From assembly GCA_021199855.1 (NCBI GenBank), contig JAJQHD010000009.1, forward strand, positions 4,287 through 68,286: DNA of 64,000 nucleotides, written 5' to 3'. The notes beneath the pieces are model-generated. The model did no database searches and was not told where the DNA came from. It saw only the letters and a program-made list of their open reading frames with translations. Source of the stretch: Oscillospiraceae bacterium. GTDB lineage: Bacteria > Bacillota > Clostridia > Oscillospirales > Ruminococcaceae. How positions within the stretch are numbered: the first letter of the stretch is position 1; each line of letters begins with the position of its first letter. Shown here piece by piece: positions 8,919 to 19,284 of this stretch. The translations under genes and the position numbers were made by a program.

Positions 8919-11507
8919 TCACCTGTCCTCTCTCAACATCTCCATTATCGTATACTTATTTATCCCCATCTTCGACCCGAAGCAGATTGCGAACGTGATG
9001 AGGAATACTCCTGCAAGAATCCCAAGAAGCACCGGCGTGGTCAATCCGTATCCTGCCAAAGTCGAGAACATAGTTCCTAAGACCGCAATCGGGCTTGAGC
9101 CTTCTGCAATAATCGGAATATTCATCACTAGATAATAGCATAGATAGCTCACCACTGCCGCCGAGATTGAAATGACGCTTCTTATAGCGGCTCTTCTGCC
9201 AAGCTCGATGTTGCGCTGTCTTCGGGACATACCTATTGCCTGCAGGATGCCGTATCTCCTCTTCTCACTCTCGGTTTCAAGCCGCAGAGTGCTCACGAGA
9301 ATCAGGAGAACCACAAGTGCAATGCACACACCGCTGACAACAATCATTATCAGCGATTGCTGGTAAACCTGCGCGTTGGCGTAATTGATTTCACGCTGGT
9401 TATAAAGCTGGAAATAGTTAGTACTGCCACCAATTGCATCTTTATAACAAAGCTGTTTCAAAATATTGGTCATCGCCACATCTGCTGAAAGGTCTCCTGC
9501 GTTCATGTCGGTGAAGACATAAGCCTCGATATAACCGACCTCCTGCTGTCCCATGAAGCCTCTGTAGTTATTGGTACACCATTTGATTCCTTCGGGAACC
9601 TAATTGACAAGGTTCTGAATGACTGAATTAGAGCAGATTACATAATACGCCATATTTTCGAGCCAGTTGTCTTCCGCAAGGTCGGTTTCAAGAACGGAAA
9701 CCAGAGTATCCTCTCTGTCGATAACCTGAATCGAATCAACATTAACAGTGACAGTAGCCATATCAAGGCTTAAGTATGTGTCAGGGTAAAGTTGCCTGAG
9801 CAGGCTGTCTTCGGTGTAATCGTATCCATAGGCGACGGAAAGCGTTATTTCCGATGAGTCGGTCGGATTATACCCTGAAGTGTTGGAGGATGAAACAATC
9901 TGAACTATTACGGTTTCCCCATTCTCGAAGGCTTCCCTGTCAACTCCTGTCGTGTCGGCGTATTTTTCAATATCCTCCCAATCCATAGCAACTGCCATGC
10001 CATACATTGTGATTACGCTATCATCTGAAGAGGATACAACGGCAGTGAAGCTGTTGAAGCCTATAAGGTCCGATACTCCCGGGACAGAAAGAAACATGTC
10101 TTCATAGTCGGATACATACGGCGTCTGATTGACAAGAAGCGTTTGGTTTTCGCATAAGTAATAAGACCAAAGGGAGGACCAGTAGTTGTATTCGCTTGCG
10201 GGTTCGGCGATGTTGACTGTGGTGAAGACCGCCGAGACGCACAAGAGCGTCGCCATAAGCATAATCAAGGCTCTTCTGAAGCCGCCGACAAGCTTTGCCT
10301 TGCTTCTCTGCATTCCCATTCTGCCAGTCAGGGGAGTTGCAAGTGCTACCTGGAAAGTAATCATCCTGACGGCTAAGATCCCGACAATCCACAAAGCAAG
10401 TGCTTCCATAAGAGAGCTCCACGGTACACTTACCGCAATATCGACCGAGCCGCTGTAGACGCTGAGACCCAGAACTATTCTGATTCCCAGCAGTCCAAGC
10501 AGTATTCCAAGTATTATTGCCGGAATTGCGAGCATAAGCGTTTCTATGAGGATGAGTAGTCTCAGCTGACCCTTGGAGCCGCCGATGCTTCTGAATCGAA
10601 CGATGCACTTTACTTCCACCTGCATCTGCAAGATGTAAATCATGACGACTGCTAAGATAGTTATCGCAAGAATAAGAGCAAGATAGACTATATTGGTCTG
10701 CGCCGCTTCGGTTTCCATTTCCGTGACGGGATTTATGCTGACCGTTCTGAATGAAGAGCCCTCACGAATGCTGTAGAGATACTTGTTCACGTTGCTCTCA
10801 ACACTGCTTTCCATGCCCGATTTTACGGTGAAGAAATAGGTAGTGTCGTGAGTATAATACATATTTTCGCCAATCTGAGACTCCGCCTCGGCTACTATCC
10901 CCGCCATTGCCTCTTCGGTTATGATTGCGGTGTTAAGCGTCGAGTCAACGCTCCAGAGACCGGTGTATTCGCTGATGGCACCGACAATCTTGAACGTCCT
11001 TTCAACAGTGACCGCTTCTTCCTGATACTGATCATAATAGAAGGCAAACTGCAGCGTGATTGTGCCGCCAATGTTATAGTTGATTTCAGAAAGGGTCGCC
11101 GATTCTATAGCTATCTCGTTGGTTGCATCAGGCATACTTCCACTTTCGAGATTTATTCCCATTTCGACGAGGTCTTCGTCAGCCGTACCTATTTCGAGCG
11201 AGCCTTGCGAAATCCCGCCGACAATTACAGAAGCCTTGCCATAGTTGATGCTTGTTCCGACATCGTCAACAAAATCTGCGTTTTCGAGATACTCAAGATC
11301 GCTGTCGACGCCATCGGTAATCACCCCATACCACGAGCCGTATGTATCAAGCCTCAGCAGTGAGTTGGTATCGGCAATACTTGAGGTGTAGCTCAGGAGA
11401 ATAATCGCAAAAGTGAACGATATGAGCAGGACGAAGAAGATAAGAAGCGATTGCCTGCGCCTGCGTTTTATGCCTTCAAAGGCAAGAGGAAATATAGTTT
11501 TCAGCAT
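8919..11507 (-). pseudogene. FtsX-family ABC permease paralog C, interrupted by one in-frame TAG
   Basis: ORFs 9600..11507 and 8919..9554 are in the same frame. ...IQNLVN-TAG-VPEGIKW...GQQEVGY aligns with paralog B ...LQNLVDQIPEGTRW...GQQEVGY, so TAG (9602-9600) replaces the Gln codon. Confidence 0.85.
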
Positions 11508-11629
11508 GTTGATGATTCTCCTTTTCCAGCAATCAATTAAAAGATAATCTCACTATACCATAATTTTTCCAATTTGTCAACCCTGTTTTGACAGAAATTT
11601 TCATTTTTCACGTTGAGTGGAACAGAAAA

Positions 11630-11655
11630 CAAAAAAGCCCGATTTTGCTCGGGCT
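11630..11655 (-). terminator. intrinsic terminator after the GH43 gene
   Basis: Stem AGCCCGA / TCGGGCT followed by a T-run on the minus strand. Confidence 0.7.
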
Positions 11656-11677
11656 TTTCATTCATGAATATCTTTTG

Positions 11678-13342
11678 TCAGTCATCAATGCTTGAAAAAA
11701 TGTGGTAGTAGTCGAAATCGGCATAGCCGCCGGAGCTTACGGTGGAATAGCAGTAGAGCGCCGTCCGGTAGCCGGTGAAGAGGTCAAGGCTGTAGGACAT
11801 GTTGAACGACTTTCCAATCTTAATCCACTCTTCGCCGTCCAGAGAGTAGTAGAATCTTGCCTGGTCTTCTGTTGTGATGGTGCCGTCCTCCCCGACAGTT
11901 GAGAAGCGATATTCGATTCTCAGGTAGACGGTGTCCTGTTCCAAAAGTGCTTCGCTGACGATTTCCTGTTCTTCAGTTCTGGTCTGGCGGGCGAAGTAGA
12001 CGTACTTGTTTCCGTCCTCGTCGACATATGTTCCGACAAGACCGGCATAGGTCTGAAAAGCGCAGATTCCGGCATAGTCGCCGGCGTTCAGCCCGGAAGT
12101 GTCAAGAAGAACCTCCGAGACGCAGGTCGGACCATAGGTGCGCTGGGTGAGGGTGTTTTTGGCGTGGAAGACGTCCGAAACGGTTTTCGCCGTGGTGATT
12201 CTCAGCCATCCGCTCCGCTCGGTCACGCTCCAGTTGGAATCGGGGTTGTGGTTAAACTGCCAGTAGACGGATAACTTGTCCTCGTCATAGTCGAACTCGT
12301 CGTCGGAGGTGACTGCCGACTCCTGGGTGCTCCATGAGTCGGAGTCGGACAGAACGGTTATCTCGCTGACTGCCTCTCCATCAGAGCCCATCATCGCCCA
12401 GCCGTCAACCCAGGTGACAGGCTGAAGAACCGGAACTCTTCCGACAGAGCCGTGGTCCTGGAACAAAAGCGCATACCAGTCGCCCTCAGGCGTCTCGACA
12501 ATTCCGCCCTGTGTGACACCTGAACCGCCATAATTCATCGAGTCACAGAGAACCATCTTGCCCTCGTATTCGCCAAGAAGCTCGTCACAGCGATAGCAAA
12601 GCTCGCATCTTGCCACTCCGTCAACTCCGGTGTTGTAGCTTATCATGAACAGGTAGTATGTTCCATCGATTTTGTAGAAGTGGGAGCCCTCCGCACCGTC
12701 CAAGCCGTCAACAATTCCACTGTTAAGGAGAATCTGGTCAACTCCGCCCTCCTTGACAGCCGAGCAGTCCTTTTCAAGCTCGATGATATAGACGTCTCCC
12801 GCACCGTAGATGATGTATGGCGTCCCGTCATCGTCAAAGAAGAGGGAAGCGTCATGGAAGACATGGTTAAATTCAACTCTCTCCCAATCGGGATTTTCGA
12901 TGTCCTCTGTCATGTAGATATAGGATTTGCCCTGGTCCCATGCGCAGAAGAGGACATAAAACATTTCGTTGTAGTACCTTATACTTGCCGCCCACGAGCC
13001 CTGAGCATAGGCGTTGCTTTCGCCGAAAAGCTCGGTTTCGGGGGTGTTTTCAAGGGTATCATATACATATCCTATCAGCTCCCAGTTGACAAGGTCGGTC
13101 GACTTCATAATCGGCACACCGGGAGTGAAGTACATAGTGGTGCTCACCATGTAGTAGGTGTCATCAACTCTGATTACATCCGGGTCGGGAACGTCCGCCC
13201 AGATAAGCGGGTTTGTAGCTGTGACGGAATTCTTTCCCGAAGTGTCCGAGATGGCTTCTTCCGCCGTTCCTTCACCGCAAGAGCACAGACAGCAAGCCAT
13301 CATAACAAAAGCGATGACAAAACACAGTATTCTTTTCTTCAT
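11678..13342 (-). CDS. glycoside hydrolase family 43 (beta-xylosidase/arabinofuranosidase-like) lipoprotein
   Basis: Lipoprotein signal MKKRILCFVIAFVMMACCLCSCG. GH43 N-terminal motif NPLIWADVPDPDVIRVDDTYYMVSTTM, plus a C-terminal lectin-like domain. Confidence 0.9.
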   Translation of the reverse strand: MKKRILCFVIAFVMMACCLCSCGEGTAEEAISDTSGKNSVTATNPLIWADVPDPDVIRVDDTYYMVSTTMYFTPGVPIMKSTDLVNWELIGYVYDTLENTPETELFGESNAYAQGSWAASIRYYNEMFYVLFCAWDQGKSYIYMTEDIENPDWERVEFNHVFHDASLFFDDDGTPYIIYGAGDVYIIELEKDCSAVKEGGVDQILLNSGIVDGLDGAEGSHFYKIDGTYYLFMISYNTGVDGVARCELCYRCDELLGEYEGKMVLCDSMNYGGSGVTQGGIVETPEGDWYALLFQDHGSVGRVPVLQPVTWVDGWAMMGSDGEAVSEITVLSDSDSWSTQESAVTSDDEFDYDEDKLSVYWQFNHNPDSNWSVTERSGWLRITTAKTVSDVFHAKNTLTQRTYGPTCVSEVLLDTSGLNAGDYAGICAFQTYAGLVGTYVDEDGNKYVYFARQTRTEEQEIVSEALLEQDTVYLRIEYRFSTVGEDGTITTEDQARFYYSLDGEEWIKIGKSFNMSYSLDLFTGYRTALYCYSTVSSGGYADFDYYHIFSSIDD

Positions 13343-13375
13343 AATAATGTTCCTTATATTCCAAGTTTGAGTTGC

Positions 13376-14572
13376 TTAGTCTTTCAGTGTAAGAAGGTCG
13401 GAGAAAAATCTGTTCATTTCCTCTTCGGTGTCGAAGACGGCGGTGTACATCTGGTTGGACATTGCGTCCGCCAGAGCGTCGGGAATTCTTCCCCACATAC
13501 GCATATTCGGACCGTACTTCGCCATGATGGCTTCGTGGTTCAGGTTGAACTCCATTCCGTCACGTCTGCCGCAGAAGGCGCAGAACTTGCGAACCTTGTA
13601 CGGGTCGGAAGAAGGCTTGTTGAAGGCAATCATATCCGCCCAGAGCTTGTAGACGTCCGTTTCATAGGCATAGTCGTACATATCAGGAGTGTAGCCGCCT
13701 GAAGGTCTCATATTTACCTCAAGACCCACGATGTCGCCCTTCTTGCCCAAGCCCTCTTGATCGGCGTTCAGAACGAAGTATTCGAGATGGATGAACCTTG
13801 CCTTGACACCAAAAGCCTTGACGGTGCGGTGCCCGATGTCGATAAGCTCGTCCGGGAGCTGGGGTACTATATAATAGATAGTGTTTCTTGCCTCGTTGAC
13901 TACGTCCATGAGAGAGTCGGGAGTGATATTGCCCGATTCAAAGATGGGCTCGCCGTCCTGGTCGATGATGGCGTCGTAGGTTCTGACATAGCCGTTGACA
14001 AACTCCTCCATGATGTAGACTTCGTCGTCCTTGTGCTCGAAGAAGAATTCGAGCTCCTCGTCATTGCTGAGCCGATATGTATGGCTCGCACCGACGCCGT
14101 TGTCCGGCTTGACGATAACGGGATAGCCGACAGTGTCGATGAACTCCCTTGCGTCGTCGATGGCGTCGATGACATGATACCTCGCCGTCGGGACACCTGC
14201 CTTCTTGTAGTACTCTTTCATCAGGGACTTGTACTTGACGTGGGAGATGTCGTCATCTTTGAAGCCGGAGGTGATGTTGAACTCGGTGCGAAGATGCGCA
14301 TTCCTTTCGAGCCAGTACTCGTTGTTAGACTCCAGCCAGTCAATCTTGCCGTACTTGTAGGTGAAGAAGGCAACCGCCTTGAACACTTCGTCGTAGTTTT
14401 CGAGAGTCGAGACCTTGTAGTACTCGTCGAGGCTGTCCCTTAGGTGCTGGTCGAGCTCCGCATAAGGGCAGTCGCCGATTCCCAGAACTCTCAGTCCATT
14501 GTTTTTAAGCTCCGCACAGAACTTCCAGTAGGTCACCGGGAAGTTTGGAGAAATAAAGATAAAGTTTTGCAT
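13376..14572 (-). CDS. ATP-grasp domain protein
   Basis: 398 aa with an ATP-grasp-like central fold (GYPVIVKPDNGVGASHTY...IMEEFV...HLEYF...GLEVNMRPSGG). The substrate is unknown. Confidence 0.75.
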   Translation of the reverse strand: MQNFIFISPNFPVTYWKFCAELKNNGLRVLGIGDCPYAELDQHLRDSLDEYYKVSTLENYDEVFKAVAFFTYKYGKIDWLESNNEYWLERNAHLRTEFNITSGFKDDDISHVKYKSLMKEYYKKAGVPTARYHVIDAIDDAREFIDTVGYPVIVKPDNGVGASHTYRLSNDEELEFFFEHKDDEVYIMEEFVNGYVRTYDAIIDQDGEPIFESGNITPDSLMDVVNEARNTIYYIVPQLPDELIDIGHRTVKAFGVKARFIHLEYFVLNADQEGLGKKGDIVGLEVNMRPSGGYTPDMYDYAYETDVYKLWADMIAFNKPSSDPYKVRKFCAFCGRRDGMEFNLNHEAIMAKYGPNMRMWGRIPDALADAMSNQMYTAVFDTEEEMNRFFSDLLTLKD

Positions 14573-14622
14573 TGCATGTCATATCCTTTCGATTCTATAA
14601 AAAGTAGTGATGGAACAGGTAT

Positions 14623-14671
14623 GGCTCCCCTTTATAAGGGGAGCTGTCAGCCGTAAGGCTGACTGAGAGGT
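14623..14671 (+). repeat. hairpin repeat unit (family A, single unit)
   Basis: GGCTCCCCTTTATAAGGGGAGC TGTCAGCCGTAAGGCTGAC TGAGAGGT. It fills the space between the esterase stop and the ATP-grasp gene. Confidence 0.85.
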
Positions 14672-14672
14672 T

Positions 14673-15419
14673 CTATAGTAACTGTGGCAGATATGTCTCC
14701 ACCATCTTATACCACCAACACCAGTCGTGGGCGACGTCGTAGCCCCAGTATTCGACTCTGCCGTTGATGCCCTTTCTTCTCATGACGTCATCGAGCCAGC
14801 GTGTACTCGCAAGAAGTGGCTCTTCCCATGCGCCTTGTCCTACTACAATCAGAATCTTGCGTTCATTGTACATCTGAATGTACGGATGGTCGACGGGCAT
14901 GTCCGAAAGATAGTTGACAGGGGAGTTGCGATAGAGAATGTCGTCCATATAGTCGCCGAAGAAGAGCTTTGAGTCATAAAGCCCCGAGATGGCGAAAACG
15001 GTGTCGAAGATGTCCGGTCGCCTGAAGAAGAGGTTTGCCGCATGCATAGCTCCCATCGAGCAACCGAAAGTCATAATCGGCTGGTCGAACCCGTTTTTCA
15101 AACCGCTGAGGTGCTTAACGGTCGGGACGAGCTCTTCAATCATATAGTTGTACCAGTGCTCGTGCCACTCGATTCTCCCTCGTGGGTCACCGTTAGCGGC
15201 ATAGGTCTCATTGTCGACGACATCGACCGAATAGACGGTGCACTGTCCCTCATCAATCCACTTCGCCCAGTAATCAATCATCCCGAAGTTCTCGAAGTCA
15301 AAGAACCGTCCACCCTGACAAGGAATAAATATGACCGGCTTCCCAGCGTGCCCATAAACCTTGAACTCCATGTCACGCTGTAGATAACTACTGTAATGCT
15401 TGTGATACTCTATATTCAT
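14673..15419 (-). CDS. esterase-family alpha/beta hydrolase (PF00756-like)
   Basis: Start moved to MNIEYHKHYS (ATG 15419), which overlaps the upstream stop as ATGA. Nucleophile motif GCSMGA. The ORF-track N-terminal extension overlaps the neighbouring gene. Confidence 0.8.
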   Translation of the reverse strand: MNIEYHKHYSSYLQRDMEFKVYGHAGKPVIFIPCQGGRFFDFENFGMIDYWAKWIDEGQCTVYSVDVVDNETYAANGDPRGRIEWHEHWYNYMIEELVPTVKHLSGLKNGFDQPIMTFGCSMGAMHAANLFFRRPDIFDTVFAISGLYDSKLFFGDYMDDILYRNSPVNYLSDMPVDHPYIQMYNERKILIVVGQGAWEEPLLASTRWLDDVMRRKGINGRVEYWGYDVAHDWCWWYKMVETYLPQLL

Positions 15420-16168
15420 AGTCCTAAACACTCCATAAAAATTGGTATCTGCTGTTCCCAGCTTGCTTCGCTGTGCGTCCCTCCGGGGACGATTCTGAAA
15501 GTAAGATTTACTCTTTTCGTCAGAAGCATATGCGAAACTGAAATAAGTGCTTCGGAAGAGGATGAGTGATTGAAAATCTCCTTGCTTCCGTAGTCCATGT
15601 AGATGCAGGTGTCGCCCTTGATTTTTGCGGTCGCAATCATCTCTAAAATCTTTCCCGGGTCTATCCATAAGCTCGGCGAAAGACACGCCGCACGCTGGAA
15701 GTACTTATTGTAGCACACCGCCGCATAGAGCGACATAAGTCCTCCCATCGACGAGCCACAGATGATGGTGTGCTCCCTGTCGGAAAGAGTCCGGTAATCC
15801 CTGTCAATCTGAGGCTTCAGAGTCCCCACGAGCCAGTCCATATAGATTTTGCCCTTGCCCTCGACACGCCCGAGAGTCGAATTTTCGAAGTCGAGAGGTG
15901 AGTACTCCGAAAGACGTGAATCTCCTTCGTGGTTGCACTCGACCGCTACTATTATAAGAGGAGTCTTAGTCCAGTTCATATAGCTGTTCATTCCCCACGA
16001 CTTGCCGTATGTAGCGTCGCTGTCGAAGAAGACGTTGTGCCCGTCAAACATGTACATGACCGGATATCTCCTGTCATCCTCGTCGTAATAATCTGGCAGA
16101 TAGAGATAAACCCGCCGGGTCTTGTCACCCGACAACTCAGGAATCGCAATGTCCCATACCTTAACCAT
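15416..16168 (-). CDS. esterase-family alpha/beta hydrolase (PF00756-like)
   Basis: YPVMYMFDGHNVF and GSSMGG motifs, 250 aa. Confidence 0.85.
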   Translation of the reverse strand: MVKVWDIAIPELSGDKTRRVYLYLPDYYDEDDRRYPVMYMFDGHNVFFDSDATYGKSWGMNSYMNWTKTPLIIVAVECNHEGDSRLSEYSPLDFENSTLGRVEGKGKIYMDWLVGTLKPQIDRDYRTLSDREHTIICGSSMGGLMSLYAAVCYNKYFQRAACLSPSLWIDPGKILEMIATAKIKGDTCIYMDYGSKEIFNHSSSSEALISVSHMLLTKRVNLTFRIVPGGTHSEASWEQQIPIFMECLGL

Positions 16169-16250
16169 ATCAAATTCCCCTTTGAAATTTTTGTTGCTTA
16201 TAATAGTATAGTTTTCTTCCGATGAAATGTCAAGAAGTTCGATAAAAAAA

Positions 16251-16397
16251 CGTCCCTGCGGGGCGCCCTCTCAGTCGCCTGACGGCGACAGCTCCCCCAA
16301 AGGGGGAGCCAAGTAGTGTTATCCACCGTCAATCTTGGCTCTCCCTCTGGGAGAGCTGTCAGCGAAGCTGACTGAGAGGGCGCGACCGTAGGGAACG
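16251..16397. repeat. composite hairpin repeat (family A, inverted double unit)
   Basis: Left half CCCTCTCAGTC...AGCTCCCCCAAAGGGGGAGCC, right half GGCTCTCCCTCTGGGAGAGCTGTCAGCGAAGCTGACTGAGAGGG. Outer arms CGTCCCTGCGGGGCG / CGCGACCGTAGGGAACG. Confidence 0.85.
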
Positions 16398-16404
16398 ATT
16401 TGCC

Positions 16405-18924
16405 TTAGTGTTCAATTCCCACAACCTTGTAGTCCTGTTCCTCAACAGCCTTCTTCAGAACGCTGTCCTCGACGGGAGCGCTGAGGGTTACGATTGCAGT
16501 GCCAGCAGTGTGGCTGACTTCGGCAGATGAAACGCCGGGGATTGTTTCAAGGGTCTTCTTGACTCTTGCCTCACAGTGTCCACACATCATGCCTTCGATT
16601 TTCATGGTAACTGTCATACTTTTCACCTTCTTTCTCTGAGCTTTTTTATGTCTTGATTTGTCGTGTTTGCTGGTTCTTATGTCGGCGAAATTGAGCCTCA
16701 GGGCGTTTGAGACGACGCAGAAGCTTGAAAGACTCATTGCGGCGGCGGCAAACATCGGGTTCAGCTCCCAGCCGAAGAGATTGATATAGACTCCCGCCGC
16801 AAGCGGAATTCCGATTGCGTTATAGAAGAACGCCCAGAAGAGGTTTTCGTGAATGTTTCGTAACGTAGACCGACTCAGCCTTATTGCCGCCGGAACGTCC
16901 ATAAGACTGCTCTTCATGAGTACGACGTCGGCGGCATCGACTGCAACGTCTGCACCTGCGCCGATTGCGATTCCGATGTCGGCACGCGTCAGAGCCGGGG
17001 CGTCGTTGATTCCGTCGCCGACCATGGCGACCTTGCCGGATTCTTTGAGCCTGCGGATGACGCTTTCTTTTCCGTCCGGGAGAACTCCCGCAATGACCTC
17101 GTCGACTCCTGCCTGGGAGCCTATGGCGTTCGCAGTCCGTTCATTGTCGCCGGTGAGCATTACAACCCGGATTCCCATGCCTTTTAGCTCCGAAATAGCT
17201 TCCGCACTGTCAGATTTTATAACGTCCGCCACGGCTATTATGCCAAAAAGCTTGCCGTTTTTCGAGAAGAACAGCGGTGTTTTGCCTTCGCCAGCCAGTC
17301 TGTTAAAAGTAGCTTCGGTGTCTTCGGGAAGATTTGCAACCGTTCCGATAAACGAGAAGCTTCCGCCATAGAGGACTTCTCCTCCGAGATTCGCCGTCAA
17401 CCCGTTTCCAGGAAGAGCCCGGAAGTCCGTAACATCAGAACCCGTGAGGCTGTTCTCCTCACCGTAAGTCATAATCGCCTTTGCAAGCGGGTGCTCACTG
17501 CCTTTTTCGAGGGAGAGTGTAAGCCGGATAAGCTCGCTTTCGGTTATGCCATCGCAGGGAATTATATCTGTGACAACCGGAGTGCCGGCGGTGATAGTTC
17601 CGGTTTTGTCAAGGACGACCGTCTCGGTCTTGCCGGTCTCTTCAAGAGATTCTGCCGTTTTAAACAGTATGCCATTCTTTGCACCGACCCCGTTTCCAAC
17701 CATGATTGCAACCGGCGTCGCAAGTCCCAAAGCGCAGGGGCAACTGATGACGAGAACCGAGATTCCTCTTGCCAGAGCATAGCTGAACTCCTGACCGACC
17801 AGGAGCCACACTATAATAGTGATGACTGCAATTGTGATGACCGTCGGGACGAAGATTCCCGACACTCTATCTGCTATTTTTGCTATAGGAGCCTTCGTTG
17901 CGGCGGCATCGCTCACCATCTTTATAATCTGCGAAAGGGTGGTGTCCTCACCGACTCTTGTCGCACGGCACTTTATGAAGCCGGACTGGTTGATGGTTGC
18001 GGTGGAAACTCCGTCGCCGGCTTCCTTGTCGACAGGAATACTCTCACCCGTCAGAGCCGATTCGTTCACGGCACTGGTTCCTTCGATGATGACCCCGTCC
18101 ACCGGGATACTCTCTCCGGGGCGGACAACGAAAATGTCACCGACATTGACTTTGGAGATTGCGACTTCAGTTTCAACGCCGTTTTTGAGAACAGTCGCCG
18201 TCTTCGGGGCGAGCTTCATAAGCCCTTTCAGGGCGTCGGTCGTCCTGCCTTTGGAGTGCGCTTCAAGCATCTTTCCAACGGTGATAAGTGTGAGAATCAT
18301 CGCCGCCGACTCAAAGTAGAACTCATCCATGTACATCATGACAGCTTCCATGTTGCCCTTGACCTGCGCATCTGTCATCATGAACAGTGCATAAGTCGAG
18401 TAGACGAACGCCGCCGAAGAGCCGAGTGCCACAAGTGTGTCCATATTCGGAGCCCGGTGGATGAGCCCTTTGAAGCCGCTTATGAAGAATTTCTGGTTTA
18501 TGACCATTATGGCAATTGTGAGAAGCATCTGCACAAGCCCCATTGCGACATGATTATCCGAGAAGAATCCCGGCAGCGGGAATCCGAACATCATGTGTCC
18601 CATCGAAAAGTACAAGAGCACCACTAAGAATCCGAGCGACGCAATCAGTCTTCGCTTCAATTTTGGCGTTTCGGTGTCCTTGAGAGAGTCGACATCGTCA
18701 GCACCTGACGAAGCCGCCTTTTCTGCGCCCTTGAGAGACGCGCCGTACCCGGCGTTCTCAACAGCCGAGATAATTGCAGATGGTGAAGCCGTTCCCTCAA
18801 CTCCCATCGAGTTTGTCAGCAGGCTCACCGAGCAGGAGGTGACACCCTCGACCTTGGAAACGGCTTTTTCCACCCGTGCACTGCAAGCCGCGCAACTCAT
18901 GCCGGTGACGTTGTATTGTTCCAT
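16405..18924 (-). CDS. copA: copper-translocating P1B-type ATPase with N-terminal and C-terminal HMA domains
   Basis: N-terminal [15 protein letters not shown] motif ([11 protein letters not shown]), DKTGT and [10 protein letters not shown]-terminal in-frame HMA domain carries [11 protein letters not shown]. Confidence 0.95.
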   Translation of the reverse strand: MEQYNVTGMSCAACSARVEKAVSKVEGVTSCSVSLLTNSMGVEGTASPSAIISAVENAGYGASLKGAEKAASSGADDVDSLKDTETPKLKRRLIASLGFLVVLLYFSMGHMMFGFPLPGFFSDNHVAMGLVQMLLTIAIMVINQKFFISGFKGLIHRAPNMDTLVALGSSAAFVYSTYALFMMTDAQVKGNMEAVMMYMDEFYFESAAMILTLITVGKMLEAHSKGRTTDALKGLMKLAPKTATVLKNGVETEVAISKVNVGDIFVVRPGESIPVDGVIIEGTSAVNESALTGESIPVDKEAGDGVSTATINQSGFIKCRATRVGEDTTLSQIIKMVSDAAATKAPIAKIADRVSGIFVPTVITIAVITIIVWLLVGQEFSYALARGISVLVISCPCALGLATPVAIMVGNGVGAKNGILFKTAESLEETGKTETVVLDKTGTITAGTPVVTDIIPCDGITESELIRLTLSLEKGSEHPLAKAIMTYGEENSLTGSDVTDFRALPGNGLTANLGGEVLYGGSFSFIGTVANLPEDTEATFNRLAGEGKTPLFFSKNGKLFGIIAVADVIKSDSAEAISELKGMGIRVVMLTGDNERTANAIGSQAGVDEVIAGVLPDGKESVIRRLKESGKVAMVGDGINDAPALTRADIGIAIGAGADVAVDAADVVLMKSSLMDVPAAIRLSRSTLRNIHENLFWAFFYNAIGIPLAAGVYINLFGWELNPMFAAAAMSLSSFCVVSNALRLNFADIRTSKHDKSRHKKAQRKKVKSMTVTMKIEGMMCGHCEARVKKTLETIPGVSSAEVSHTAGTAIVTLSAPVEDSVLKKAVEEQDYKVVGIEH

Positions 18925-18934
18925 ATAAATCTCC

Positions 18935-19234
18935 TTATTTCATCAGTTTTTGCATCGTAACAACCAATTCCTCAATCGTCTCGTCGTCGCCGTTCCGGAT
19001 GTCTCGGGCGACGCAGTGGCGGATGTGACTTGACAACAGCTCACGATTGAAGGAGTTGATGGCGGACGATACCGCCGCAGACTGGGTCAGAATGTCCGGG
19101 CAGTAAGCCGACTCTTCGAGCATCCGCTTAAGCCCGCGAATCTGCCCTTCAATCCGGTTGAGCCTGTTCATAAGCTTCTTGTATTCCTCGTCTGACCGTT
19201 CGGTAGTCTTCCCACAACAACAATTCTTGCTCAT
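18935..19234 (-). CDS. csoR: CsoR-family copper-sensing repressor
   Basis: 99 aa with [26 protein letters not shown]...H..C, the DUF156/CsoR signature. It lies directly upstream of copA. Confidence 0.9.
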   Translation of the reverse strand: MSKNCCCGKTTERSDEEYKKLMNRLNRIEGQIRGLKRMLEESAYCPDILTQSAAVSSAINSFNRELLSSHIRHCVARDIRNGDDETIEELVVTMQKLMK

Positions 19235-19255
19235 AATATCACCTCGTAGTATAAA

Positions 19256-19272
19256 ATACCCCCGGAGGGTAT
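19256..19272. promoter_or_regulatory. CsoR operator 1
   Basis: ATACCC-CCGGA-GGGTAT inverted repeat, matching the known GC-rich CsoR operator type (TACCC-N-GGGTA). It lies downstream of the predicted transcription start. Confidence 0.7.
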
Positions 19273-19284
19273 TGCTCTATATGT

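Noticed and set aside
12680-13702. Long antisense ORFs in the track: 12680..13702 +, 13757..14443 +, 17491..18627 +, 30061..30732 +, 41787..42422 -, 51575..52213 -, 53222..53764 -, 58411..59040 -, 60388..60996 + and 61054..61506 +.
   Set aside because: Each lies entirely opposite a gene with clear family motifs, an RBS and a sensible operon context. Their translations are low-complexity (Arg/Gly/Val-rich) with no motifs or RBS. They are shadow ORFs.
14673-15686. Long N-terminal extensions proposed by the ORF track: 14673..15686, 24443..25204, 37477..39426, 31849.., 40848.., 54232.., 57844.., 20773..21594 and 29725..29979.
   Set aside because: The extensions overlap upstream genes or repeats and lack an RBS. 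Internal ATG codons with good GGAGG-type RBS give N-termini typical of the families, such as lipoprotein signals and conserved first residues.
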